This document shows positions 47,098 to 57,051 of a stretch of 64,000 bases of DNA, piece by piece. A model generated the notes under the pieces. That model was given only the letters and a program-made list of their open reading frames with translations. It had not been told where the DNA came from and searched no databases. Source of the stretch: Candidatus Jacksonbacteria bacterium RIFOXYB2_FULL_44_15 (GTDB lineage Bacteria; Patescibacteriota; Patescibacteriia; UBA9629); contig MHJY01000005.1 in assembly GCA_001818235.1 (NCBI GenBank), positions 19,277-83,276 of the forward strand. The letters run 5' to 3'. Every line of letters begins with the position of its first letter. Position 1 is the stretch's first letter. Both the position numbers and the translations under genes were made by a program.

Positions 47098-48108
47098 TTA
47101 TTCATTGTCCGTTACCGGGCAGAATTTTTTGATTTGGCTGGCCTCCATGGATTTAACTGTTTTTACCAGGCCGTCCTCAATCGGCGTGATGGGTAGCCAA
47201 CCTAAGCGTTCTTTGATCAAAGTTATGTCAGGAATCGGTTCTGGGTCGCGGTACGGCAAGGGCGGTTCGAACGTAATTCGGGAGCGGGAATCAATAATAT
47301 TAATAACCGCTTGGGCGATGTCTTTGAGTTTGTAGAGGTATTCCCCGCCGATGTTAAACGGGCCGCTTTCGCCGGAGCGCATCATGGCGATTAAGCCGTC
47401 CACCATATCTCCGACGTAGCAGAAAGTGTTGGTTGCCGTTTCGCCGCCGTAAATTATAACGTCCTCGTGTTTAATCGCCTGGTCAACAAAGTCTGGCACG
47501 ATCCGGCCGTCACCAACTCGCATGCGCGGACCGTAGGTGTTAAATAGTCGGGCGATTTTGGTGGGAAAGTTGTACTCAGCTCCGTAATAAACCACTAAGT
47601 TTTCGGCAAAACGCTTGCCGTCGATATAGCAGGCGCGCGGGCCCAGGGTTTCGACAATGCCCCAAGCCGTTTCTTTGACCGGTTGCAGATTATCGGCGAC
47701 GCGGCCATAAACTGCGCTGGACGAAGTAAAAAGAAATTTGGAGTGATACTGACGCGCGATTTCCAAAGCGTTACGCGTAGCGTGAGAATTAGCCAAGCAG
47801 GTTTGGAGCGGCAGGCGGTCGTAATCTTTAGGAGAGGTTGGGCAGGCTAAGTGATAAATCTCTTCTATGCCGTAGACCTGTACTTTAAATTTATGCAGTT
47901 CATCAAATTTATCCAGAAAAATCGGTTCGATTAAATCGTATTTAATAAACTCAAAATTAGGCAGGCGCAAAAATTCCTCGATATTATAAAAATCACTGCT
48001 GATAAAATTATCAATGGCGATAACATTGTTATCTTTGGATTGGGTCAGATGACTTACCAAATGGGAGCCGATAAAACCGGCGCCGCCGGTAATAAGGATA
48101 TTCTTCAT
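47098..48108 (-). CDS. NAD-dependent sugar-nucleotide epimerase/dehydratase, UDP-glucuronate decarboxylase (UXS)-like
   Basis: MKNILITGGAGFIGSHLV; YxxxK region; YIDGKRFAENL. Confidence 0.75.
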   Translation of the reverse strand: MKNILITGGAGFIGSHLVSHLTQSKDNNVIAIDNFISSDFYNIEEFLRLPNFEFIKYDLIEPIFLDKFDELHKFKVQVYGIEEIYHLACPTSPKDYDRLPLQTCLANSHATRNALEIARQYHSKFLFTSSSAVYGRVADNLQPVKETAWGIVETLGPRACYIDGKRFAENLVVYYGAEYNFPTKIARLFNTYGPRMRVGDGRIVPDFVDQAIKHEDVIIYGGETATNTFCYVGDMVDGLIAMMRSGESGPFNIGGEYLYKLKDIAQAVINIIDSRSRITFEPPLPYRDPEPIPDITLIKERLGWLPITPIEDGLVKTVKSMEASQIKKFCPVTDNE

Positions 48109-48126
48109 AATAGTGAACGGCTGGCA

Positions 48127-48906
48127 TTAATCAATTCGTAAAAAGCGTTCGCCGCTTTCTATCCCGATCGTTCCGGTTGCCGTTTGTAATTTTAAAGTAT
48201 AACGTTTTAGACCAAGACCGCAGTTTTTGAAAATGAGCGTGGGGGCAAAAGTGGCAGTCGCCCCATTTTTTATTTGATCCTCTTGGGGCCTGATTGCTCC
48301 GGCGATTTTAAGGCAAGGGTCGGTTGTTTCCAATTTAAGCGCTAAATTTTTTTTCTGCCAACTGCCGGCTGAATTGTTTTTGATTTTAATTGACGCGGTA
48401 ATCTGCCGCCATTTAGATAAAACCGCGACCGGCAGTTTTGTTTCCGTTAAAACCGCTAAGTGAACTGGTTTGACTTCAATAGTTTTATAAAGAGCGCCGC
48501 CTTTGATCGGTTGATTTTTGTAGGTCAATATAAATTTTACATCATAAAGGCCGGAATGGCTAGGGGCGTGGATAACATCGCTAAAGTTTGCGATTTGGCT
48601 GGGTTCGACCGTCGAGATTTCGTGATAATCGATTTCCGCCGGATTAAAGCCAAGCGGATTCCCTTGGCGATCGGTGATTTTTATTTTCAGATAAGTCGAC
48701 TCCCAGCTGATAATGCCCTTATTTTTAAAACTGATCTTAACGCTCAAGAAATTGTTGGGATATGCCCGGGTGTCAATTTTATCGCTAAACCATAAAGCCG
48801 CGCTGTCGCCGGCGAGTTTTAAAAGTTCGATCGGATCTTGGGGCGCAAAATTAGCCGGAGCAGCTGCTTTCAGGGCGCGGCGGCTGTTGATCAGGCCGGC
48901 GCCCAT
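48127..48906 (-). CDS. C-terminal portion of the S8 protease (end of catalytic domain GAGLINSRRALKAA plus beta-rich C-terminal domains), separated from the upstream part by a frameshift
   Basis: Starts 2 nt after the S8 ORF stop, in a different frame. The N-terminus matches the canonical subtilisin GxGxxN...A segment. Confidence 0.55.
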   Translation of the reverse strand: MGAGLINSRRALKAAAPANFAPQDPIELLKLAGDSAALWFSDKIDTRAYPNNFLSVKISFKNKGIISWESTYLKIKITDRQGNPLGFNPAEIDYHEISTVEPSQIANFSDVIHAPSHSGLYDVKFILTYKNQPIKGGALYKTIEVKPVHLAVLTETKLPVAVLSKWRQITASIKIKNNSAGSWQKKNLALKLETTDPCLKIAGAIRPQEDQIKNGATATFAPTLIFKNCGLGLKRYTLKLQTATGTIGIESGERFLRID

Positions 48907-48908
48907 TT

Positions 48909-49988
48909 TTAGAGCGAGATCAGGATTTTGGGCGTCAAGGAATCGGCAGTGTCGGCAATAATCGCGGCGATTTGTTTATTGCTGTAGTTACCGTTAAATG
49001 ATTTGATGAGTGCCGCTAAACCGCTCACTTGGGGCGCCGCAAACGATGTCCCATTCCACAGGCCGCTGTAGGCGGCGTTAAAAGGCTCGCCTAATTTAGG
49101 ATTCATTGTCTGGGTGCTAACCATATCCACGCCTGGCGCGTTGATATCCAAACAAGTCAAACCAAAATTGGAAAAGTCAGCTTTGCTTTTATTTTTATCA
49201 ACCGCGCCGACGCCGATTACCCAGTCGTCTTGAGTGTCACGATAACAGGCCGGATATACTGGCACAGTATCTAAATCGCCGCCGTCGGAAGTGGACAAAG
49301 TGCCGAGCGCGTCATTGCCGACTGCGGCCACGATGACGATGCCTTGTTGATAGGCGTATTTAATGGCTTCCTGTAGTTCGGTGGTATTACTGCGGCCGAC
49401 AAAACTTAAATTGATGATGTCGGCGCCTTCTTTTACGGCGTAACGAATGGCCTGGGCGGCATCACCGGTATAACCTTCGCCGATACTATTTAAAGCGCGC
49501 AGGGCCATGATTTTTGATCGCCAACTGATGCCGGCGATTCCCAGGCCATTATTGCCGCTCCCAGCGATAACGCCGGCGACGAGCGTACCGTGGCTCACCC
49601 CTTCGGTGGAATAATTTTTAAATTGCGGATTTGGGTCATTGTTGTTATCAACAAAATTCCATCCGTAAACATCATCAATATAACCGTTATTATCATCATC
49701 CCTGCCATTATCAGCTATTTCGTCTTGATTTATCCAGATATTGTCTTTTAAATCCGGATGATCCAAATCAACTCCGCTGTCAATTACCGCTATCACTACG
49801 TCCGGCGAACCGACCGAATAGCCCCAAGCTTGGTCGACTTGGGTCATTCCAATATAATATTGCGTATCAAAATGAGGATCGTTAGGAGTAACGGTTAGAG
49901 CTTGGGCAACGGTGGGAATCAATAGAGCTAGTAATAACATCATTCCCAAAGAGGCAGTTCGAGTTTTAGACAAGGTATTAAAAATCAT
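48909..49988 (-). CDS. Subtilisin-like serine protease (peptidase S8), secreted; catalytic domain N-terminal part
   Basis: Signal peptide. VIAVIDSGVDLDHPDL (Asp), HGTLVAGVIAG (His), GTSFAAPQVSGLAALI (Ser). Confidence 0.8.
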   Translation of the reverse strand: MIFNTLSKTRTASLGMMLLLALLIPTVAQALTVTPNDPHFDTQYYIGMTQVDQAWGYSVGSPDVVIAVIDSGVDLDHPDLKDNIWINQDEIADNGRDDDNNGYIDDVYGWNFVDNNNDPNPQFKNYSTEGVSHGTLVAGVIAGSGNNGLGIAGISWRSKIMALRALNSIGEGYTGDAAQAIRYAVKEGADIINLSFVGRSNTTELQEAIKYAYQQGIVIVAAVGNDALGTLSTSDGGDLDTVPVYPACYRDTQDDWVIGVGAVDKNKSKADFSNFGLTCLDINAPGVDMVSTQTMNPKLGEPFNAAYSGLWNGTSFAAPQVSGLAALIKSFNGNYSNKQIAAIIADTADSLTPKILISL

Positions 49989-50003
49989 GATTCATGAATT
50001 TTG

Positions 50004-51296
50004 TTACTCCTCTATTCGCTTGATTCCAGCACCGAGTTCATTCAGACGGACTTCCAGGCGTTCGTAACCGCGGTCGATAGTATTTTCGACGTCATTAATC
50101 ATAGTTTCGCCGTCAGCGACCAGGCCCGCGATTACAAACATGCCGCCGCCGCGAATGTTGGGGCTTTTGAGTTCATACGACGAAAGTGGTGTGGGGCCGG
50201 TAATTATTGAGCGGTGAGGGTCACAAACAAGCGCGCTTGCGCCCATGCGGACAAGTTCCGGAATGTGCCGCATTCGGTCTTCGAACAATGGATCGTGAAT
50301 TAAGCTGGCGCCCTGACATTGGGTGGCGAGCAAAGAAAATGGTTCTTGCAGATCAGTCGGAAAACCGGGATACGGTAGAGCCTGAACTTTAAAAGGTTTA
50401 AGGTTGTGGCTTCGTTTAATTTTTAAGGACCAAGTACACTCACCAGTTTGTCCAACAGTAATATCAGCGCCGATTTCTTTTAATTTTAATAAAACAATGT
50501 CCAAATGATTAACGTCTAAGTCGCAGATTGTGAGTTCGTCTCCAAGGAGCGTTCCAGCTACTGCCATGGTCCCTGCTTCCAGCATATCCGGAATTATTTT
50601 GTGAGTAGCGCCGTTTAATTTTTGGACGCCATTGACGGTAATTTGATTATTCGGTTCGATTTTGATTTGAGCGCCGGCACTGTTTAAAAATTTGATTAAA
50701 TCTTGGACGTGCGGTTCCTGGGCGGCTAACTTTATGGTTGTGTTCCCATTGGCTAACACTGCCAGCATAATGGCATTTTCCGTCGCGGTCACGGAGAATT
50801 CCGGTAGGGTGATTGCGGCGCCGTTTAATTTATCAAGCGTAATTTTTAAATTGGTTTTGCCTTGTTCGTCTTTTTGGGAATTGATGTTTGCTCCAAATTG
50901 TTGCAAGATCGCCAGGTGGGTGTCCAATGGGCGGTTGCCCAAAAAACAACCTCCGGGTTCCGGCAGTTCGACCCCGCCAAACCTCGAAAGCAACGGACCG
51001 ATTAAAAGTACCGAGGAGCGCATGGTTTTGATCAATTGATCATTAAGATTTTGCAGAGTTGTTGGTTCGGTATTGATCGTTACCTGATGGTCGCCGGTCC
51101 ACTGGATTTGCGCTCCCAGGGACATCAATAAATCGAGCATTTTGTAGACGTCGGAAACCCGCGGCACATTATCCAAAACGCAAGGGTGCTTAACCAAAAG
51201 ACAAGCGGCGATTATCGGCGTGGCCGCGTTTTTTGAACCGTTTACTTTAAATTCTCCGGTAAGCGTTTTAGGACCGGTAATGATAAATTTAGACAT
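50004..51296 (-). CDS. murA: UDP-N-acetylglucosamine 1-carboxyvinyltransferase
   Basis: MSKFIITGPKTLTGEFKVNGSKNAATPIIAACLL. Start set at Met31 of the tracked ORF. Confidence 0.9.
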   Translation of the reverse strand: MSKFIITGPKTLTGEFKVNGSKNAATPIIAACLLVKHPCVLDNVPRVSDVYKMLDLLMSLGAQIQWTGDHQVTINTEPTTLQNLNDQLIKTMRSSVLLIGPLLSRFGGVELPEPGGCFLGNRPLDTHLAILQQFGANINSQKDEQGKTNLKITLDKLNGAAITLPEFSVTATENAIMLAVLANGNTTIKLAAQEPHVQDLIKFLNSAGAQIKIEPNNQITVNGVQKLNGATHKIIPDMLEAGTMAVAGTLLGDELTICDLDVNHLDIVLLKLKEIGADITVGQTGECTWSLKIKRSHNLKPFKVQALPYPGFPTDLQEPFSLLATQCQGASLIHDPLFEDRMRHIPELVRMGASALVCDPHRSIITGPTPLSSYELKSPNIRGGGMFVIAGLVADGETMINDVENTIDRGYERLEVRLNELGAGIKRIEE

Positions 51297-51696
51297 TCTT
51301 TTTTTTGCGAAACAAACTTCGTCGTTTAGTGTACCAACGCATTCTTTCAGTACAATCCAGTTGATTTTTTTTACGGCAAGCGGCAACCGGATATTTTTTA
51401 GCTAAAATTTTGATTTTTTCTTGAAGCGTGGTGCTAAGGTCGATTTTTAAAATGTCTGACATAGCAAGGACGCCGTATAAAACGTCAACCAACTCGTGAT
51501 GGACTTCCTTGGCAATCAACGGGTCATGCAGATATGCATCTTCGTCCCAGACAAAATGGTCCAATAGCTCGCCGGCTTCGACTGCGATGTCTTTGGCAAA
51601 AGTTGCGGCCGAGGCTTTCTGCCAGTTACGTTCCAAGCGAAATTTTTGGCAGAGTTCGCGCAGTTCGGATATGGTTGTTTTTTGGTCAGAGAACAT
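51289..51696 (-). CDS. MazG-like nucleoside triphosphate pyrophosphohydrolase (small single-domain)
   Basis: TISELRELCQKFRLERNWQK...AVEAGELLDHFVWDE... The EExxE/D pattern fits MazG. Start at MFSDQ. Confidence 0.6.
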   Translation of the reverse strand: MFSDQKTTISELRELCQKFRLERNWQKASAATFAKDIAVEAGELLDHFVWDEDAYLHDPLIAKEVHHELVDVLYGVLAMSDILKIDLSTTLQEKIKILAKKYPVAACRKKNQLDCTERMRWYTKRRSLFRKKKNV

Positions 51697-51723
51697 AACG
51701 GAATTACTATTATATGGATTCCT

Positions 51724-51751
51724 GCTTTCGCAGGAATGACAATCAAGTGTA
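51724..51751. repeat. Minimal copy (B) of the palindromic element: only the terminal inverted repeats remain (GGATTCCTGC-tttc-GCAGGAATGACA)
   Basis: Seen directly in the intergenic gap between the lipoprotein gene and the MazG-like gene. Confidence 0.5.
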
Positions 51752-51758
51752 ATGATTA

Positions 51759-52229
51759 CTATCGTTTCAAGACGTCCGAGGCAAACTGCCATTCAATTAA
51801 ATCCCCGGCTTTTAGGCGATAAGAGGATGCTCCGACTGGCGCGTAATTTCCATTAATAAAATATTGCCAGAATTTACCATCTTGGCCGTTAGGATAATCG
51901 CCGATTTGGGTCACTAATACTCCGAGTCCGCCATAACTTTGAGACTTCAAATAAATCTGGCGATCATCCAGAATTTTTTTCATCACCGGCCAGAGCAATT
52001 CTTCTTTTCCTGCGGTTAAGGAGTAATTCGCAATTATTTTATCATTACCGAGATCGATTTGCAAGGTGACGGTAGCGGTGCTGGGGACGGTATTTGGCTC
52101 AATCGCTGTTGGTATTTGATCGTCAGTCGGCGTTGGCGCTTGACGATCGATCAAAGTGCAGGCGCCGAGAGTCAGACTTACAACTCCAAAAACTAGCAAT
52201 GTCAAAATCAAAAATCTGAGTCGTTTCAT
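51759..52229 (-). CDS. Secreted lipoprotein, unknown function
   Basis: Signal peptide with lipobox LTLGAC. Confidence 0.4.
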   Translation of the reverse strand: MKRLRFLILTLLVFGVVSLTLGACTLIDRQAPTPTDDQIPTAIEPNTVPSTATVTLQIDLGNDKIIANYSLTAGKEELLWPVMKKILDDRQIYLKSQSYGGLGVLVTQIGDYPNGQDGKFWQYFINGNYAPVGASSYRLKAGDLIEWQFASDVLKR

Positions 52230-52271
52230 AAATTATAGGACTTATGTGTTTAATGAGTAGACATATAATTT

Positions 52272-52297
52272 TGTCATTCCCGCGCAGGCGGGAATCC
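52272..52297. repeat. Minimal inverted copy (C') of the palindromic element (TGTCATTCCCGC-gcag-GCGGGAATCC)
   Basis: Seen directly. 24 bp upstream of the full copy C. Confidence 0.5.
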
Positions 52298-52321
52298 AGT
52301 ATTTAATTTATCTATATAAGT

Positions 52322-52383
52322 CATAGATTCCCGCTTTCCCTCTTACGCTCAAGGCTTCGGAAGGGCATGGCGCGGGAATGACA
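52322..52383. repeat. 62-bp palindromic repeat element (copy C), intergenic
   Basis: CATAGATTCCCGC...AAGGCTTCGGAAGGG...GCGGGAATGACA. About 55/62 identical to copy A. Confidence 0.65.
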
Positions 52384-52423
52384 AAATACGTTAAAATCGA
52401 ATTTTGCGATATGCTCTTGGAAT

Positions 52424-53206
52424 TTAGTTAACAGCATCGCGCGCGGCGTGGATTTGCAAGATTTCTTGCGCCAACTCGTGGTAAGCTAACGCTCCAGCGG
52501 AAGTCGCGTCGTAATTTAAAATCGGTTGCCCGTATGAAGGCGCTTCGGCCAGGCGGATGCTTCGCGGGATCACGGATTTTAATATTTTATCGGGAAAATA
52601 TTTTTGAAGTTCAGCCAAAACTTCCCGCGCCAGCAATGTCCGCTTATCATACATTGTAATTAAGGCGCCAAGAATATTCAAATCAGGTTTCAAATGTTCT
52701 TTGATTAAATTAATCGTTTCCAGTAGCTGGCCTAAACCTTCCAAAGCGTAATACTCCGCCTGGATCGGGATCAAAATTTCCTCGGCAGCCACTAGTCCGT
52801 TGATCGTTAAAAGGCCAAGCGAGGGCGGACAATCAATAATAATGTAATCGTAACCTGAAAGCGTTTGAATTAAAGATTTTAGCCGGAACTCGCGCTCCGG
52901 ATGGTCAACCAGCTCGATATTGGCGCCGGCTAACGCACTGCCGGAGGGCGCCAAGTGGAGCCGGTCTTCGGCACCGCCCAGAATAATTTTATCAACCGGC
53001 GTTTGGGCAATGATGGCGTGATAAATATTTTGATCCAATTGCTTGTGGTTTATGCCTAAACCGCTGGTGGCATTAGCCTGCGGATCAATATCCACGAGTA
53101 AAGTTTTTTGATTAAAATAAGCCAAATAACTGGCAAGATTAATTGCCGTCGTGGTTTTTCCGACGCCGCCTTTTTGGTTAACAACGGAAATTATTTTAGT
53201 TGGCAT
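52424..53206 (-). CDS. ParA/Soj-family partition ATPase (no adjacent parB)
   Basis: KIISVVNQKGGVGKTTTAINLASYLA, the deviant Walker A. Confidence 0.8.
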   Translation of the reverse strand: MPTKIISVVNQKGGVGKTTTAINLASYLAYFNQKTLLVDIDPQANATSGLGINHKQLDQNIYHAIIAQTPVDKIILGGAEDRLHLAPSGSALAGANIELVDHPEREFRLKSLIQTLSGYDYIIIDCPPSLGLLTINGLVAAEEILIPIQAEYYALEGLGQLLETINLIKEHLKPDLNILGALITMYDKRTLLAREVLAELQKYFPDKILKSVIPRSIRLAEAPSYGQPILNYDATSAGALAYHELAQEILQIHAARDAVN

Positions 53207-53343
53207 ATGATGCTTAAATTTCATCAACCTCAATTGCACTTTATCACATCTAATTGGCTCTCACAAGGGATTGGGCGATTTCAAAAAAAGCCCCCCGAAT
53301 TAATGTGGAGGGTCTTTTAATTAAGTAAACTTATATTAAATAT

Positions 53344-54126
53344 TTATTTAACCAAGTAACTAACGTTTACTTCGACGATCAGTTCTTGTGAGCCGTTCGG
53401 CACAATCGGACTGCCAACCGCGCTACCGCCTCCCATGCCGGTACTTTTATAATAGGCCATGTCGTTGTACTCCGGTGAGGCGACAACATTTTCCCACCAG
53501 CCAACGATTTTTCCGAATTTTACGCCTAGGGCGCCGGCAAGCTCAGTACTCTTTTTCCGAGCGTCAGTGATGGCGTTAAGGCGCGCTTCTTGTTTGAGTT
53601 CGTTTAATTTGGAAGTGGTAAAGGTGACGCCGTTAATTTGATTCGAGCCAGCCGCCCCGGCTGCGGCGATAATTTTGGCGATGTTGTCGGCGTTTTCCGT
53701 AATGTCTCTAACTTTGACAATGATAGTTTGATTAGCATTGTAGCCGCCCAATTTCTGGACGCTGTCAACGTAGTCATATTGTGGTGAGAGCGTGTAACTT
53801 TGAGTTTGAATATCCTCTTTGGGGATGCCGGCCTTGACGATGGCGTCATAAACCTTGTTCATTTTATCATTCAACTGACGCAGGGCATCTTCAGGTTTCG
53901 GGGCTTTGTCGACCTGGACGCCTAAACTAACATTAGCTTCATCAGGCTGATAAGATATTTTTCCTTGGCCGGTAACGCTAACTTGGTACTGTCCGGGGTT
54001 GACTATCCGGTCACGGATAATGGCCGTGGTTACTACGCCGGCAATCAAAATCATGCCGACAATTGCCGCGGCTGTCTTGCCGCCGGAAGTGCAACAAACG
54101 TGGCCATCAGAATTAGGTTGGTTCAT
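53344..54126 (-). CDS. SIMPL/DUF541-domain periplasmic protein
   Basis: N-terminal TM, then YQVSVTGQGKISYQPDEANVSLGVQ..., typical of SIMPL/DUF541. Confidence 0.6.
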   Translation of the reverse strand: MNQPNSDGHVCCTSGGKTAAAIVGMILIAGVVTTAIIRDRIVNPGQYQVSVTGQGKISYQPDEANVSLGVQVDKAPKPEDALRQLNDKMNKVYDAIVKAGIPKEDIQTQSYTLSPQYDYVDSVQKLGGYNANQTIIVKVRDITENADNIAKIIAAAGAAGSNQINGVTFTTSKLNELKQEARLNAITDARKKSTELAGALGVKFGKIVGWWENVVASPEYNDMAYYKSTGMGGGSAVGSPIVPNGSQELIVEVNVSYLVK

Positions 54127-54226
54127 AAATAAGAGAGACTGCCGTTGCAGTCAAAAAACACAAACCACAACAGCTAGTCGTTTAAATAGTTTGCGCATTT
54201 TAGCATACTTTATCGGGCACTGCAAA

Positions 54227-54649
54227 TCATAACTGCAAGTCACCTAAATAGTATTTACTAAGAAGGTCACGAGCTTTTGGTGAATGTGGCGTGCCAGAAC
54301 CCATGGGCCGTGTTTCGAACAGCGTCGTCGCGTCTTGGCCGCAATTAGGCACGATTCTATTAGCCCCACCTGGATGTGATGCAATAAACTTGGTGACATC
54401 ATAGACCTTGCCGTCAATTACCAGCCAGCAGTTATCGGCTTTTTGGTGTTTGATGATTTCGCGCATGGTCAACGGTAATTGCGTGGGCGCTGGTTTAGTC
54501 AAATTTGCGCTGGCAGTAGAAGGCGCAATCGACGCGGGCGCGGTACCTGTAGCCGGATTTGTCGTGTCGGCGCTTGGCTGGCTGTTTGATACTGCCGAAC
54601 AAGCGCTTAGTGTTAGTGTGAACATAAAAGCAATGATTATTTTTTTCAT
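54227..54649 (-). CDS. Lipoprotein with cytochrome b5-like heme-binding domain
   Basis: Lipobox LTLSAC. KHQKADNCWLVIDGKVYDVTKFIASHPGG. Confidence 0.65.
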   Translation of the reverse strand: MKKIIIAFMFTLTLSACSAVSNSQPSADTTNPATGTAPASIAPSTASANLTKPAPTQLPLTMREIIKHQKADNCWLVIDGKVYDVTKFIASHPGGANRIVPNCGQDATTLFETRPMGSGTPHSPKARDLLSKYYLGDLQL

Positions 54650-54651
54650 AG

Positions 54652-55476
54652 TTATATTTTTAAAACGTTTTTTTGATAATACTCTTTAAATAATTTTTGC
54701 AATTTTTTGGTTTGCGGAAAACTTGAAGCGATTTCGACCTCGTCAATCTGGCGGATCGGCAAAACATTTTGCGAAGTGCTGGTGATAAAGAGTTCGTCAT
54801 AATTTTTGATTGTATTTAAAGCGATATCTTTTTCTTCGATTTTAAAATGCCCGGCTGTCACCCCCAATAATATTTTACGCGTGATGCCGGATAAAATTTT
54901 CACGGTTGGCGGCGAAATTATGGTATTCGCTTTGATCGCGAAAAAGTTACTGCGGCTGCCTTCGCGGATATTGCCGTCATGATCAATCAACAGCGCCTCG
55001 ATTGCTCCCCTTTTTTTAGCTTCGCGCAGAGCGAGGAAACCTAGCAGTAGATTTTTACTTTTACATTGCGGTAAAGACCGCTCGCCATGGTAAGTTATTA
55101 CTTTAACGCCTTGGCTGTAATAAGTGTTTGGATAATAAGTCAGTCCGGTAACTTGGATGATATAAAGTTGAGCATCCTGATTTTTATCAACATCACCGAT
55201 TAAAACTATCCGCAACAAGGCGTCGGCGGTTTGATTTTTTGTAACGAGCAGTTCCAGCCAGTTCAAAATTTGTTCTTTGGTGAACGAATGTCCCAGATCC
55301 ATCAGCTGGGCTGATTCTATCAATCTGTCTACATGATATTCCGGGAAAAAGATTTTGCCTTGCACTGTCTTGAGCGAATCATAAACCGCGAAATCAAAAA
55401 AATAACCCTGATTTTTGATCGAGATATTGGCCTGGGATTCATCAATTAGATTTCCATTGTAGATGGCAAAGGGCAT
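54652..55476 (-). CDS. PLP fold-type IV aminotransferase (branched-chain/D-amino-acid aminotransferase or ADC lyase-like)
   Basis: Class IV pattern: ...FDFAVYDSLKT..., EYHVDRL, and a catalytic Lys region. Confidence 0.7.
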   Translation of the reverse strand: MPFAIYNGNLIDESQANISIKNQGYFFDFAVYDSLKTVQGKIFFPEYHVDRLIESAQLMDLGHSFTKEQILNWLELLVTKNQTADALLRIVLIGDVDKNQDAQLYIIQVTGLTYYPNTYYSQGVKVITYHGERSLPQCKSKNLLLGFLALREAKKRGAIEALLIDHDGNIREGSRSNFFAIKANTIISPPTVKILSGITRKILLGVTAGHFKIEEKDIALNTIKNYDELFITSTSQNVLPIRQIDEVEIASSFPQTKKLQKLFKEYYQKNVLKI

Positions 55477-55550
55477 GGTGATAAAAATTTCAATTTAAAC
55501 TAGGTTTGTCATCCCGAGCTTGTCGAGGGATCTCTTACTTGAGCCATTGT

Positions 55551-56015
55551 TTATGAAAGGGATTCCTCGCTAACGCTCGGAATGACAGTTTTGAGATGAC
55601 CGCACTTAATCTTCGATAGATCCGAATTAATAATCACCGGCTTGACCGCCTCGATTTCTGATTTGTAATATTCAATTTTCGGTATCGGATTCAACAAAAA
55701 GATTTTTTTATATAAAATATGGGCAAAGCCGATTTCCATTAATGTATTTCCGCCGATGTAATTTTTGATGCCTCGCCGGTCGTAATTTAAAACCAAGATG
55801 GCGTCGGACTTTTTTATTTCCTTATAAAATTCACGAATCGCGTCTTTTTCGTTTTTGTGATAGACGGTCAGTTTTTCCTTTTCCTTGGTGCTTTTGTCGA
55901 TATAAGCTGGCGCGAAAGAGGAAACAACCGCGCTATGCCCCAGTTTTTCCAATTCTTTTTTTATTTCCAGCATTTTTTCGGTAAAAACCATGCTGGCGCA
56001 AATGGCGATTTTCAT
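55551..56015 (-). CDS. Nucleoside 2-deoxyribosyltransferase / DNPH1-like Rossmann-fold protein
   Basis: MKIAICASMVF...LGH... and GGNTLMEIGFA resemble the PF05014 family G.T..E.G.A motif. The last ~10 codons overlap repeat copy D. Confidence 0.5.
   Translation of the reverse strand: MKIAICASMVFTEKMLEIKKELEKLGHSAVVSSFAPAYIDKSTKEKEKLTVYHKNEKDAIREFYKEIKKSDAILVLNYDRRGIKNYIGGNTLMEIGFAHILYKKIFLLNPIPKIEYYKSEIEAVKPVIINSDLSKIKCGHLKTVIPSVSEESLS
55560..55587. repeat. Short copy (D) of the palindromic element (GGATTCCTCGC-taacgc-TCGGAATGACA)
   Basis: Seen directly. It forms the 3' end of the preceding CDS. Confidence 0.4.
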
Positions 56016-56022
56016 AATTTAG

Positions 56023-56871
56023 CTATAATGATTTAGATTTTTTTGTCTGCAATCTTTTTTTATCTATGCGTTCCAATTGTTTTATTTCTTTTTTGACCGC
56101 TCTAATGTGTTTTTCTGCCGGTATATTTTCTGGTGTTATCCCGCCAATTTCTTTAATGGTTTGTCTTACTTTACCGCCAACCATAAAATGAGTTTGCGAA
56201 GCTGAATAGTCTCCTTGTATTTTATTTTTTCTTAATTTTTCATCAGTCTGTGTAATACGAAACAAATTTGCCGCCAATTCGGTAGAGCCAGCTCTGTCTA
56301 ATAACTCGCCTTTCTTTATTCCTTTTTTTTGCTCAATATCTGTCAATGGCATTCCGTAAAGACCTTTATAGCCAGCATTATTAAACAAACCAAACTTTGT
56401 TACGCCAGCTTGTTTAGCTGTTGAAAAAAGCTTTTTGTTGTGGTTGGATACCTCGTTGCGGATGAATAGTCTTTTTGAAGTATCTGGCAATTGCTCATAA
56501 ATCTCCTGTTTTCTTGTTTGGATGGCAAAATATGTTTGCGCCAGAGCTATTTCCGGTTTATTAGGGTCTCCATTTTGGGCTATCAAATAGCAAGCATATC
56601 GGTCTAATTTGTAATTTTTGATCTCTCTGATCGTATTTGAGCCAATTTCGACCATTTTAACCGTTCGGTTAAAATGGTTATCCACAGCCTGACCGCTATT
56701 TATACAGGCGCGAGCCGCTCTCGCAATCACTTCTTCTGCCTTTTGCCAATTTCCATATCCCAATAAAGGCATTAGTTCACGCGCCTCCCAATACTCAATC
56801 CCGTTTTCATCAATTTTTTTAATGCCCTCAAAATTTTTATGAGGAGCAGAGGGTATTATTGCTTTAGTCAT
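56023..56871 (-). CDS. dinD: DinD-like (DNA-damage-inducible protein D family) protein
   Basis: ENGIEYWEARELMPLLGYGNWQKAEEVIARAARAC...RYACYLIAQNGDPNKPEIALAQTYFAIQTRKQE matches my recollection of the DinD family. Start at MTKAII. Confidence 0.55.
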   Translation of the reverse strand: MTKAIIPSAPHKNFEGIKKIDENGIEYWEARELMPLLGYGNWQKAEEVIARAARACINSGQAVDNHFNRTVKMVEIGSNTIREIKNYKLDRYACYLIAQNGDPNKPEIALAQTYFAIQTRKQEIYEQLPDTSKRLFIRNEVSNHNKKLFSTAKQAGVTKFGLFNNAGYKGLYGMPLTDIEQKKGIKKGELLDRAGSTELAANLFRITQTDEKLRKNKIQGDYSASQTHFMVGGKVRQTIKEIGGITPENIPAEKHIRAVKKEIKQLERIDKKRLQTKKSKSL

Positions 56872-57051
56872 AATTTTTATTTTACACATTAAACAAAAGA
56901 AAGGCAAATTAACGCGCACCATTGCTCATAATATCGTTACAAAAAAACGACGCGGGGATTTGAATGGACAAAAAAAGTGGCTGATGTTTTTATCATAGCT
57001 ATAAACTAAGATAGAAACAAAAGCCACAACATTTTTCACAATCCGTATAAA

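Noticed and set aside
56872-57051. LexA-box-like palindrome upstream of the DinD-like gene
   Set aside because: No copy of TAACTT-N4-AAGTTA or the GATTTTCGG repeat was found there. Only a possible TTGCCT-17-TAAAAT promoter was seen, so no SOS-box claim is made.
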